This document shows, in pieces, positions 8,288 through 16,424 of a stretch of 32,000 nt of DNA. Both the position numbers and the translations under genes were made by a program. A model generated the notes under the pieces. It was not told the DNA's origin. It searched no databases and was given only the letters and a program-made list of their open reading frames with translations. Each line of letters opens with the position of its first letter. Position 1 is the first letter of the stretch. Origin of the DNA: Nostoc sp. PCC 7120 = FACHB-418 (GTDB lineage: Bacteria; Cyanobacteriota; Cyanobacteriia; Cyanobacteriales; Nostocaceae); NCBI RefSeq assembly GCF_000009705.1, contig NC_003272.1, positions 270,001-302,000 on the forward strand, given 5' to 3'.

Positions 8288-8779
8288 TTAGTAGTAGATT
8301 TTGCCGCCGCCCCACTTGTCGCCAAGAATTTTTGGTTGTAGGAGGATATGGCCTGCGATAGACTCTAGGTCTTTATCTGTCAGATTTCGCATTGCGGTGA
8401 AAATATCTGCACTCTTGAGACTGGGGTGTATTTCGGAAATTTCCTCTACCCCGTCGTAGGTGGTGGGATTCTTCATATAGTCCACCAAACCTTCAATATT
8501 GTTACGGTTGGGTGTAGCTAATGCCAGAGCTTCTGGTTCAAGTCCCACGTTCTGGTTTGTTTTGGTAACACCGCCAACATGACATTGGGCGCAAGCGTAT
8601 TGAAATAGACGTTTTCCTTCTTTTACTTGTTTAAGGCTAAGAGTTACGGTATCACCCTGAGCATTTAGTGGAACTGTCCGGGTAGCTTCGTCCAGTTCCA
8701 GAGCAGTTGCGCTACCGACAATCAACTGAAACGTCAGTAAAGCAGTAGCCACAACAACGCCAATAAGTCTTCTAAACAT
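8288..8779 (-). CDS. psbV: Cytochrome c-550, PSII extrinsic subunit
   Basis: 163 aa with a signal peptide ending in ATA-LE. The mature N-terminus is LELDEATRTVPLN and the heme motif is CAQCH. The C-terminus is GDKWGGGKIYY, which is characteristic of PsbV. Confidence 0.95.
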   Translation of the reverse strand: MFRRLIGVVVATALLTFQLIVGSATALELDEATRTVPLNAQGDTVTLSLKQVKEGKRLFQYACAQCHVGGVTKTNQNVGLEPEALALATPNRNNIEGLVDYMKNPTTYDGVEEISEIHPSLKSADIFTAMRNLTDKDLESIAGHILLQPKILGDKWGGGKIYY

Positions 8780-9039
8780 GTTTCCCCTTAAAGTTTTTGA
8801 CGCTCAACACAGCTAATAAAACAAAACTCAATCTCAATCGAGACAACACTTTGGCTACAGAGTTACTGTAGTTGGCTATCTCTGCGATGACGTATCCGCC
8901 AGCCAGAGGCAGTTGGCTACGTCCCATTGTAGGTAATCGCTAGGTTTACAAAACCCATAATGTTCGTTAACTGACATATAGAGATTAAGTCGCTGTAATA
9001 CCAATATCATGTTAGGAGTGCAATTTGTCGCCTAAAATT

Positions 9040-9080
9040 GGGGACTGGGGATCGGGGATTGGGAAGGTGGGGACTGGGGA
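9040..9080. repeat. STRR-type heptamer array (GGGGACT/GGGGATT)
   Basis: GGGGACTGGGGATCGGGGATTGGGAAGGTGGGGACTGGGGA lies between the ABC permease stop and the psbV start. Confidence 0.7.
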
Positions 9081-9123
9081 AACACTGGAGAATGACTTTT
9101 GACTATGGACTAATAACTAATGT

Positions 9124-9954
9124 CTATCCTTTACCGCCTGTAAAAGTGGCGCTTTGGATAAAGTAGCGATTAAAAAAGGCATAAATACTTAAAGCTGGTA
9201 AGGTAAACACCATAGAAGCAGCCATAATGTAGTTCCAGTAGCTGATATATTGACCTTTAAACGTGTTCAAACCTAAGGGCAGGGTAAACATTTCAGGTTC
9301 AAATAAGATCACCACTGGGAGCAGAAAATTATTCCAACTGCCCATGAAGACAAAAACTGCCTGTGCTGCGAGTGCTGGTTTTGCTAGAGGTAAAATAATG
9401 TAACGAAAAATTCCTATGGTGTTTAAGCCATCTAATTGTGCTGCTTCTTCTAGCTCTTGAGGAAAATTGATAAAAAACTGTCGCATCATAAAAATAAAGG
9501 TGGCATTAACCATACTAGGTACAATCATGCCCTGGTAAGAATTCAGCCAACCGATCGCTTTTAAAATCAAAAATGTAGGAATTAACGTAATTTGGGCTGG
9601 TACGGCTAGCACTGCCAAAATTAAAAAGAACCAAAAATTTTTACCTACAAAGCTGAGTCTGGCTAAGGCGTAACCCGCCATTGAGTTGAACAGTAAATTG
9701 AGTAAAGTGACGCTGACAGCAATTACCACACTGTTAAACAGCCAACGTAAAAATAAAGGTTCTTGTAGAAAAATTTGTCTGTAATTATCCAGGGTGAAAT
9801 TTTGAGGCAAGAAATTTGGCGTACCACTAACAATTTCTGATAAGGGTTTGAAAGATGCAGAAAGCGCCCATAGGAAAGGAACTAAGGTGATAACTGCATA
9901 GGTAGTTAACAACACATATAGTAGTACTTTAGCCAACGGTAAAGAACGAAGCAT
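9124..9954 (-). CDS. Carbohydrate ABC transporter permease (MalG/BPD type)
   Basis: 276 aa with six predicted TM segments and the EAA loop EELEEAAQLDGLNTIGIFRYIILPLAKP. Its position just beyond psbV/petE recalls Anabaena PCC 7120 All0261 (GlsP glucoside permease), but this rests on memory of synteny only. Confidence 0.85.
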   Translation of the reverse strand: MLRSLPLAKVLLYVLLTTYAVITLVPFLWALSASFKPLSEIVSGTPNFLPQNFTLDNYRQIFLQEPLFLRWLFNSVVIAVSVTLLNLLFNSMAGYALARLSFVGKNFWFFLILAVLAVPAQITLIPTFLILKAIGWLNSYQGMIVPSMVNATFIFMMRQFFINFPQELEEAAQLDGLNTIGIFRYIILPLAKPALAAQAVFVFMGSWNNFLLPVVILFEPEMFTLPLGLNTFKGQYISYWNYIMAASMVFTLPALSIYAFFNRYFIQSATFTGGKG

Positions 9955-10063
9955 AGATATAGCTGTTGACGGTTGACAGTTGAATGGCTTTTCAGGGTTT
10001 TGTCTTAGCTTGATGTCCTGGTCTATCTGAGTACTGCCACAGTATAAAAACTTACTAATTTAT

Positions 10064-10837
10064 TTACGGATTACCAAATTTAGCACCCAAGTCTAAATAA
10101 CTAGCCACTTTGCTTAAATCTACATTGCCGCCACTGATAATCACACCAATTCTCATTCCTTGTGCTGTGACTATGCCTTCAAGTAAAGCGGCTGCGGCTA
10201 ATGCTCCTGTGGGTTCAACGACGATTTTCAGCCGTTCCCAAAGGAAAAACATGGCGCGAATAATGGCTTCCTCTGATACCGTCACCATATCATCAACGTA
10301 TTGTAAAACTAGGGGAAATGTAATCTGTCCCAGGCTAGGAGTACGCGCACCATCGGCGATAGTATGGGGATTTTTGACGGTTTGTAAGGTTCTGGTGTAA
10401 AAGGAACGAGTAGCATCATCAGCAAGTGTTGGTTCTACACCAATTACGCGCAAATTAGGTAAAAGAGCTTTAGCAGCGATCGCACAATCGGAAATTAGTC
10501 CCCCACCGCCACAACAAACTAACAGCAAATCCATCTCACTAACTTCTTGCACCAGTTCTAACGCTGCTGTACCTTGTCCCGCAATCACATGGGGATGATC
10601 GTATGGGGGAATCAAAGTTAAACCGCGATCGCTTGCCAGATTTTGCGCTAATTCCTCCCGATTTGTTTCTTGCCGATTATATAAAATCACCTCTGCCCCG
10701 TAACTTTTGGTAGCAGTATTATGAGTGCGATCGTTAACAGTTGTAGAAGTTAACACAGGTGTGCGATGGGCAATACCAGCAAGACGCTGCTGTGCTGCCT
10801 GCACATCAGTTATAGTTACAGAGTTAAGCTGTGACAT
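10064..10837 (-). CDS. Threonine/serine dehydratase-family (fold-type II PLP) gene with an in-frame internal deletion; possible pseudogene
   Basis: The N-terminus (HRTPVLTS) and the C-terminal two thirds (YGAEV..., GQGT, GGGGL, ADG, SGGN) are colinear with threonine dehydratase and serine racemase. The ~65-70 aa that normally carry the Schiff-base lysine (FK.RGA) and the SSGNH loop are missing between ...VNDRTH and NTATKSYGAEV. Confidence 0.7.
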   Translation of the reverse strand: MSQLNSVTITDVQAAQQRLAGIAHRTPVLTSTTVNDRTHNTATKSYGAEVILYNRQETNREELAQNLASDRGLTLIPPYDHPHVIAGQGTAALELVQEVSEMDLLLVCCGGGGLISDCAIAAKALLPNLRVIGVEPTLADDATRSFYTRTLQTVKNPHTIADGARTPSLGQITFPLVLQYVDDMVTVSEEAIIRAMFFLWERLKIVVEPTGALAAAALLEGIVTAQGMRIGVIISGGNVDLSKVASYLDLGAKFGNP

Positions 10838-10986
10838 CTATAGCAGTTTTTTAAGAGATTTACTCTTTATTCTCAAACGAAAGAGTATGACTGCCAATCA
10901 TTCCTTAAGCAGAAGAAACAAGGGAAATCAAGAACAAGGAGAGAGGGAAACACAGAAAACAAGCCTAGAGAAATATTTCCCAATTC

Positions 10987-12189
10987 CTAAACATATCGCT
11001 GATTAAATTCATACATCAAATCTACCCTTCCCTTACGCAACATTGCCGGGTCTAACCTTTCTGTAGTGTTACAAGTCATCAAGATAACTAAACGCTGCTT
11101 GAGATGCATCCCCGCTTCATCAATGACACTCTGGTATAAAGTCCCATCTAATAAACTTAAAATATGCTCTGTTTTGTTGTTATATTGAGCAACTTCGGAG
11201 GCACGATTTTGAGCTAGGTTATCTGCTTCGTTGATGATGATGCAAATCCTTTCTAAATAAGTTGGCGGAACAAAGTTGGTAATAGCATCATGATCCAAAA
11301 TAAAAATTACATACCCTAAAGGTACAAGAATTTCTTTAGCTACAGCTTGTGTCCATGCAGTTTTTCCCGTTCCTGGTTCTCCGTGGACTACAACGGCTAA
11401 CTGATTTTGATTGAGAATAGCCTGTTGTACTGTATCAGTAAAACTTTGAATATCTGTAGGAAAAGTTCTAATGGGAAATTGGCTATGAACTTTTCCGACA
11501 CGGGTTTGATAACCACTCAGCATAACAGCTAAATCCTGAGTGGCTTTGTTAACTAATGGTGAGATATTTTTGGACATTAAAGTGTATTGTCGCCGGCCGC
11601 GATCATAGGCTTCAATTTGTAGCCAAATATCATGCCTTGACCAATAAGCATAAACAGTATTAACAACGTCTATACGTTCCCAATTAATAAACTTTTCTAC
11701 AGGATAATAAAAATCTCTTTCTGAGTAATATTGAGTTATGACATCAGGACGACCTAATAATTCCACAAGTCGCAATACCGTAATTTCTTGCAGTCGGTTG
11801 AGAACATAATCAATAGGAATACTATTACGGCTAACAAATTGATGTATAGGTGTTTCTGTACTCAAAACATCTTTGTAGCGGTGGTCTGGTGATTGAGGAT
11901 CTGGGGTGATGTAATTCCAATATTTTTCAATTTCGTAGCGGGTATTTTCAGATACTAAGCTTAATAGATTAGCCCACCATGTGAAATTCTTTCTGCCTAA
12001 AACTTCAGCAAAATTACTGGCTACACTTAAGGATTTTTGAGTTAATTCTCGCGTATCGCTCTGTATTAAATGCCATAAAAACCCTAAATCTAGGTCTCGA
12101 TTTAATGGTCGCCAACCACTAGCTAGTAAGTTTTGTTTGTTTTGATTATTATTACTATTGTCGGTATTCCCAAAGTAATCAAATTCCAT
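10987..12189 (-). CDS. AAA+ ATPase (classic clade core, no lid domain) with an uncharacterised ~265-aa N-terminal domain
   Basis: Walker A is GEPGTGKT and Walker B is IIINEAD. Sensor-1 is the N in LMTCNTTE, and the Arg box LRKGRVD is followed by a stop 12 codons later. The track start is TTG (12198); the first ATG is at 12189 (MEFDYFGN...). Confidence 0.8.
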   Translation of the reverse strand: MEFDYFGNTDNSNNNQNKQNLLASGWRPLNRDLDLGFLWHLIQSDTRELTQKSLSVASNFAEVLGRKNFTWWANLLSLVSENTRYEIEKYWNYITPDPQSPDHRYKDVLSTETPIHQFVSRNSIPIDYVLNRLQEITVLRLVELLGRPDVITQYYSERDFYYPVEKFINWERIDVVNTVYAYWSRHDIWLQIEAYDRGRRQYTLMSKNISPLVNKATQDLAVMLSGYQTRVGKVHSQFPIRTFPTDIQSFTDTVQQAILNQNQLAVVVHGEPGTGKTAWTQAVAKEILVPLGYVIFILDHDAITNFVPPTYLERICIIINEADNLAQNRASEVAQYNNKTEHILSLLDGTLYQSVIDEAGMHLKQRLVILMTCNTTERLDPAMLRKGRVDLMYEFNQRYV

Positions 12190-12708
12190 ATTCACCAAGA
12201 GATTTTACATTTGTTAGACAGGTTTAAAATTGATATTTACTTTGATTCATGTTCTATATATAGTTCTACTAATGTATCCGTTCATAAATAAGTTTGATGG
12301 CTTTTGGTTGATTGTAATGAATAAGATAGCAAAGTGCAACAGTTAATTTGCGTAGTGATCCCAGAGGCAAAGAGGTAAAGTAAGGTTATTAAAATCATTA
12401 CTCAGCTTTCCTATCCCACTAATTGTTGGTTAATGCCTATTTTCTTCTGCCATTGTTTATTTTTCATAGAAAATTGGCAATGATTAAAGATGAGCGATAC
12501 TGATTTTTAGGATTATAATTATAGTAGGAGTGAATAAAATTTATTTCTCTTAATGTGAGCCTTTTTCTCATTAGGAATGTGGTGGTTTAACAATTAAAAA
12601 ATATAAGGAATAACAACATTTTATACTATGAAAATTTCACTAATACTCAATAGTCTATTATTTTTAGCTATGGCATATTAGCTACCTTTTGTTATATACA
12701 AGTAATAT

Positions 12709-12726
12709 TGTAGTATATATACTACA
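12709..12726. repeat. Perfect 18-bp palindrome TGTAGTATATATACTACA
   Basis: Self-complementary over all 18 nt, inside the AT-rich spacer upstream of the AAA+ gene. Confidence 0.6.
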
Positions 12727-13151
12727 TAAAGGCAATAGCAAGAACATATTCCAGAAGTTGCTGCTGACTCCAGAATGAGACCAAACAAAAGCGTTAATTT
12801 CGCTACAGTAGTTTAAGTATTTATCTTTAGGCAAAGGTAACTTTAGTTGTACTGAAATCAATAACACTAAGGATGACATAGTAAAACCGAATTTTGTATA
12901 ACAAGTTATCATGAAGTTACGAAGAAATATTCCTCTAGGATTGCGTATAATCAATCGATAGATGTCTGCTCAACTGATAAAACTAAAGCTCTTACACCTG
13001 CGAGTTATCGGTCTCAACGAAAAGTATAAACAGGCAACAGCAAAATATAAGCCAATATCAAAAATTTAGCCTAATCTGCTCTTTACGGTATATTTTGTTT
13101 GTTTCCACAATAATCGACGATAAAACCCAATGGCATCTTCATGGAGAAGAA

Positions 13152-13607
13152 ATGTATCTAACCAATTCATTCATAAGTGATAATAAGAAGCACTACTCTC
13201 AGCAGCCTTTAGTTTTGGCAGTTGAAGATCACGATGACAGTCGTTTGCTGATTAGTTATGCCCTTGAGTCAATTGGTTGTAGATTCATTTGCCAAAAAGA
13301 CAGTTCTGCAACTGTATTGGTGGCAAAAGAGTATCAGCCTGATTTAATTATGTTAGATATTTTATTACCAGGTTTAAATGGGCTGGAGGTTGTACGTCAT
13401 CTGAAAGAAGAACCTCTAACTCAGGAAATCCCCGTAATCGCTGTGACAGCGTTAGCTACAAAGGAAGATCAAAACAAAATTATGCAGGCAGGTTTTGATG
13501 AATACATCTGCAAACCATACATGATTGAAGACTTAGAAACAGTTATACACAGAATGTTGTGCGGTAAGTTTTATCCACGTTCAGCCTATCAACTGTGTCA
13601 AGAGTAG
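13152..13607 (+). CDS. Single-domain response regulator (CheY-like receiver), orphan
   Basis: The receiver signature is complete: acidic pocket LAVEDHDD, phospho-acceptor D in LIMLDILLPG, T in VIAVTA, and K in ICKPY. The track start is TTG at 13095; the first ATG in frame is 13152. There is no kinase or output domain nearby. Confidence 0.85.
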   Translation: MYLTNSFISDNKKHYSQQPLVLAVEDHDDSRLLISYALESIGCRFICQKDSSATVLVAKEYQPDLIMLDILLPGLNGLEVVRHLKEEPLTQEIPVIAVTALATKEDQNKIMQAGFDEYICKPYMIEDLETVIHRMLCGKFYPRSAYQLCQE

Positions 13608-13651
13608 AGGCAGGAGGCCGAAGGCAGAAGTAAGAATATTTTATTAGCTAC

Positions 13652-14212
13652 TTACCTTAAACTGCGATATTCCCAGGGATTGACAAATTTAGGATCTCCC
13701 CAAATTCCTATTTGTTGTTGTTGGGCTGTGGTTTCGGCTTGCTGCACGATCGCTTTGCTGGGACATTTGCTTAAATAAGGGCGATACACTTTAGCTAAAC
13801 CTTCTTGTATGAGTACTTGCTGTACAAAAGTGCCATCTGTTAATCTGACTTCGGCAACTTTACGCCCATAACCATCGCTATCTGTAATATTCAAGGTAAC
13901 GTGATCGCCTCCTTGTTTCACCAATTGCTGCACCCGTTCCTGTGCTTTTACACCCCAAGCAAATTGATTGCGATCTCTAGCACGTTTACTTTGCTTTTCT
14001 TTATTAGAGTGGGCAATTTCTGGCGCATCCATACAAGCAAATCGCACAGTAACTTTTTTCCCTTGGGCATCTTTCACAACTAATGTATCACCATCGCTCA
14101 CTCTTTCCACCGAGTCCCCACTCGCACCAAAAAAGCGATCGCAACCCATCAAAGATAACAAAATAACCCCTGCGCTCAGTAAAATCAGCGCTTTTTTAAT
14201 TGACTTATTCAT
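13652..14212 (-). CDS. Thermonuclease (staphylococcal nuclease, SNase fold) lipoprotein
   Basis: From the ATG at 14212 the protein starts MNKSIKKALILLSAGVILLSLMGC, with lipobox LMGC. The SNase core follows: VSDGDTLVV...VRFACMDAPE...GRKVAEV. Confidence 0.85.
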   Translation of the reverse strand: MNKSIKKALILLSAGVILLSLMGCDRFFGASGDSVERVSDGDTLVVKDAQGKKVTVRFACMDAPEIAHSNKEKQSKRARDRNQFAWGVKAQERVQQLVKQGGDHVTLNITDSDGYGRKVAEVRLTDGTFVQQVLIQEGLAKVYRPYLSKCPSKAIVQQAETTAQQQQIGIWGDPKFVNPWEYRSLR

Positions 14213-14279
14213 TACCCAATCTAACAACGGATTTCTTATACCAATTCAATTAATGATTGCAACACATCATTAGTTAGGT

Positions 14280-14303
14280 GAAGACGCGATTCATCGCGTC
14301 TTC
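14280..14303 (-). terminator. Perfect 10-bp stem hairpin GAAGACGCGA-TTCA-TCGCGTCTTC, 25 nt downstream of pepP
   Basis: The exact inverted repeat with a 4-nt loop is read directly from the sequence. There is no U-tract on either strand, so its terminator function is uncertain. It resembles a dispersed palindromic element common in Nostoc genomes. Confidence 0.4.
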
Positions 14304-14328
14304 TACAGATGGTTTATCGGCTACTCGC

Positions 14329-15639
14329 TTAACGTTCTATTTCATGTACTTCCTTCGGTACTCCAGCAGTTAAAACCTCATGTCCTGTAGCTGTTACCAA
14401 AACATCATCCTCAATGCGAATCCCAATCCCCACCCAGCGCGGGTCTGTTTCTGGCTGGTCTTCGGCTAATTTTGTATCTGGGACAATATATAGTCCTGGT
14501 TCCACCGTCAATACTTGACCTGGTTGTAAAATCTGCGGTTTATCGTCACCGTGTTGGTAAACGCCTACATCATGGACATCCAATCCTAACCAATGGCTAG
14601 TACGGTGCATATAGTAAGGTTTATATTTTTCTTCTTCAATTAATTTGTCAACCTCACCCTTGAGGATACCAATTTCTACCAAGCCTTCTGTGAGGACGCG
14701 CACGGCGGTATCGTGGACTGATTTAAATGAGTTCCCTGGTTGGACTTGAGCGATCGCTTGTTTTTGCGCTTCTAGTACAATTTCATAGAGGATTTTTTGT
14801 TCTGGTGTAAACTTGCCGTTGACTGGAAATGTGCGGGTAATATCTGAGTTGTAATAACCATAGGCACAACCAGCGTCAATTAATAGCAAGTCTCCATCCT
14901 GCATCTGACGGTTATTTTCGATGTAGTGGAGGACACAAGCATTTGCACCAGAAGCCACAATTGACGGGTAAGCAGGCCCCATTGCACCCCGCAGGCGAAA
15001 TATATGTTCTATTTCTGCTTGAATTTCGTACTCATAAAGCCCTGGTGCAGAGGATTCTAGGGCTTTATTATGGGATTCTGTGGCGATCGCCGCAGCTTGA
15101 CGCATCTGAACCAACTCTGATTCACTTTTGATTAGTCTCATGCTGTGCAGGATGGGGCCTGTATCTTCTATTCCTATAGGCCCTGTACCCCGTTTAGGAT
15201 AAGTCCGCAGTAATTGTTGGTAATGGCCGAGAATTTTGTCATTAAAATTGCGATCGCGTCCTAAATGATAGTAGATGCGTTCGGCTTTTTCTAGATATTG
15301 GGGCAATTTCTCATCTAACTCAGATATGGGGTAAGCCTCATCTGCACCATAAATTTCCTTGGCTGCATCTACCCCACACAGATAACCAGTCCAAACTTCT
15401 TTTTCTCGATCCTTGGGTTGGACAAATAATATAAACCGATGTTCTGGATGATGGGGCGTTAATACTGCTACTGCTTGCGGTTCGTTAAAACCTGTCAAAT
15501 AGAAAAAATCACTATCTTGGCGATAAGTGTATTCGACATCGTTGTGCATCACCGCCATCGGCGCACTGCGAAAAATCCCTGTACCACTACCAATCTTCGC
15601 CATTAATTGCTCACGACGCTGCCGATATTCTGCTTGCAT
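14329..15639 (-). CDS. pepP: Xaa-Pro aminopeptidase (M24B)
   Basis: 436 aa. It has an AMP_N-type N-domain (YRQDSDFFYLTGF) and a pita-bread catalytic domain with the metal ligands (DAGCAY..D, HRTSHWLGLDVHD, EPG, IRIED). Confidence 0.9.
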   Translation of the reverse strand: MQAEYRQRREQLMAKIGSGTGIFRSAPMAVMHNDVEYTYRQDSDFFYLTGFNEPQAVAVLTPHHPEHRFILFVQPKDREKEVWTGYLCGVDAAKEIYGADEAYPISELDEKLPQYLEKAERIYYHLGRDRNFNDKILGHYQQLLRTYPKRGTGPIGIEDTGPILHSMRLIKSESELVQMRQAAAIATESHNKALESSAPGLYEYEIQAEIEHIFRLRGAMGPAYPSIVASGANACVLHYIENNRQMQDGDLLLIDAGCAYGYYNSDITRTFPVNGKFTPEQKILYEIVLEAQKQAIAQVQPGNSFKSVHDTAVRVLTEGLVEIGILKGEVDKLIEEEKYKPYYMHRTSHWLGLDVHDVGVYQHGDDKPQILQPGQVLTVEPGLYIVPDTKLAEDQPETDPRWVGIGIRIEDDVLVTATGHEVLTAGVPKEVHEIER

Positions 15640-16424
15640 AACCGTTAATCTTGAAATTTTTTGTATAATTTTACACTTTTGGCAACTATTATGTCTGAAA
15701 GTTACTATCTTGCAGTAGTTGCTAATTTAAGTATTTTAACCAATATTTATTTCAACTCAAGTGTTAGTACAAGAAATCAGACATCTTTTGAGGATGGTAT
15801 TCCTAGCATAAATTAGTTTCGACAGTTGAAATATTTATTTGCTATGACACAAAATAATTTTTCTAAGTAATTTTTAATCCGTCTAATTTTTGTGTTTGGA
15901 TTTTGCATTATTTAACTATATATTTTGTGATTTATGCTGCTTTGTGCAGTTTTATTAAAAATTGCTGATATAACTATTAGTTTTTATCCTTTGCACAAAT
16001 TAAGAAAAGGATTTTTTTAGCCAATTTTTTCACGAATTAATTTTATGTCTGTTGCATTGAAGACGGTTTGCTTAACATAGCAGTCTCAAATTACATCTGG
16101 TAAAACCTAACTTCTAATCACTATATCCCATTCCATCAAGTGAATTGGCATCATTATCAAAGAGATACGAAGCAATATGTATATCTAGATATCTTGACAT
16201 GAAAAATCATGATTTGAGGATTTAGGTATTGTTCAAAACAACATTGATTTTTTCGGAAATATGTTTAAAATTAACCGTAAAAATTATATGTAAAATTTGA
16301 TATTTTCTCAAAAATAGGAGTGTGGATACAGTAATTTCTAAACTTAAAATAATGTTATTAGCTAACAGAAGCCAACATGAATTATCAGCTAAAACTTTTA
16401 AGACAACAAGTTTAAGAAACCACC

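Noticed and set aside
9040-9080. Considered whether the short tandem repeats here and at 17651-17821 and 20771-20850 could be CRISPR arrays.
   Set aside because: The units are 7-8 nt and directly abutting, with no spacers and no cas genes. They are STRR-type microsatellites, not CRISPR.
10725-11006. 93-aa plus-strand ORF bridging the dehydratase/AAA gap. It includes a 39-codon ATG ORF (10887-11006) made of a purine-rich tract.
   Set aside because: It overlaps both flanking minus-strand genes. Its highly charged low-complexity product comes from an A/G-rich tract, so the region is more likely a 5' leader or spacer than a gene.
12709-12726. Considered the 18-bp palindrome as an NtcA site (GTA-N8-TAC).
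   Set aside because: The spacing is TGTA-N10-TACA, not N8, so it does not fit the NtcA consensus. It is kept only as an unexplained dyad.
12682-12954. 90-aa minus-strand ORF in the AT-rich spacer as a real CDS.
   Set aside because: I did not call it as a feature. It has a TTG start, no SD and no recognisable motif. A rough stop-codon-frequency estimate gives only marginal significance for an ORF of this length in AT-rich DNA. It is retained as a question in the findings.
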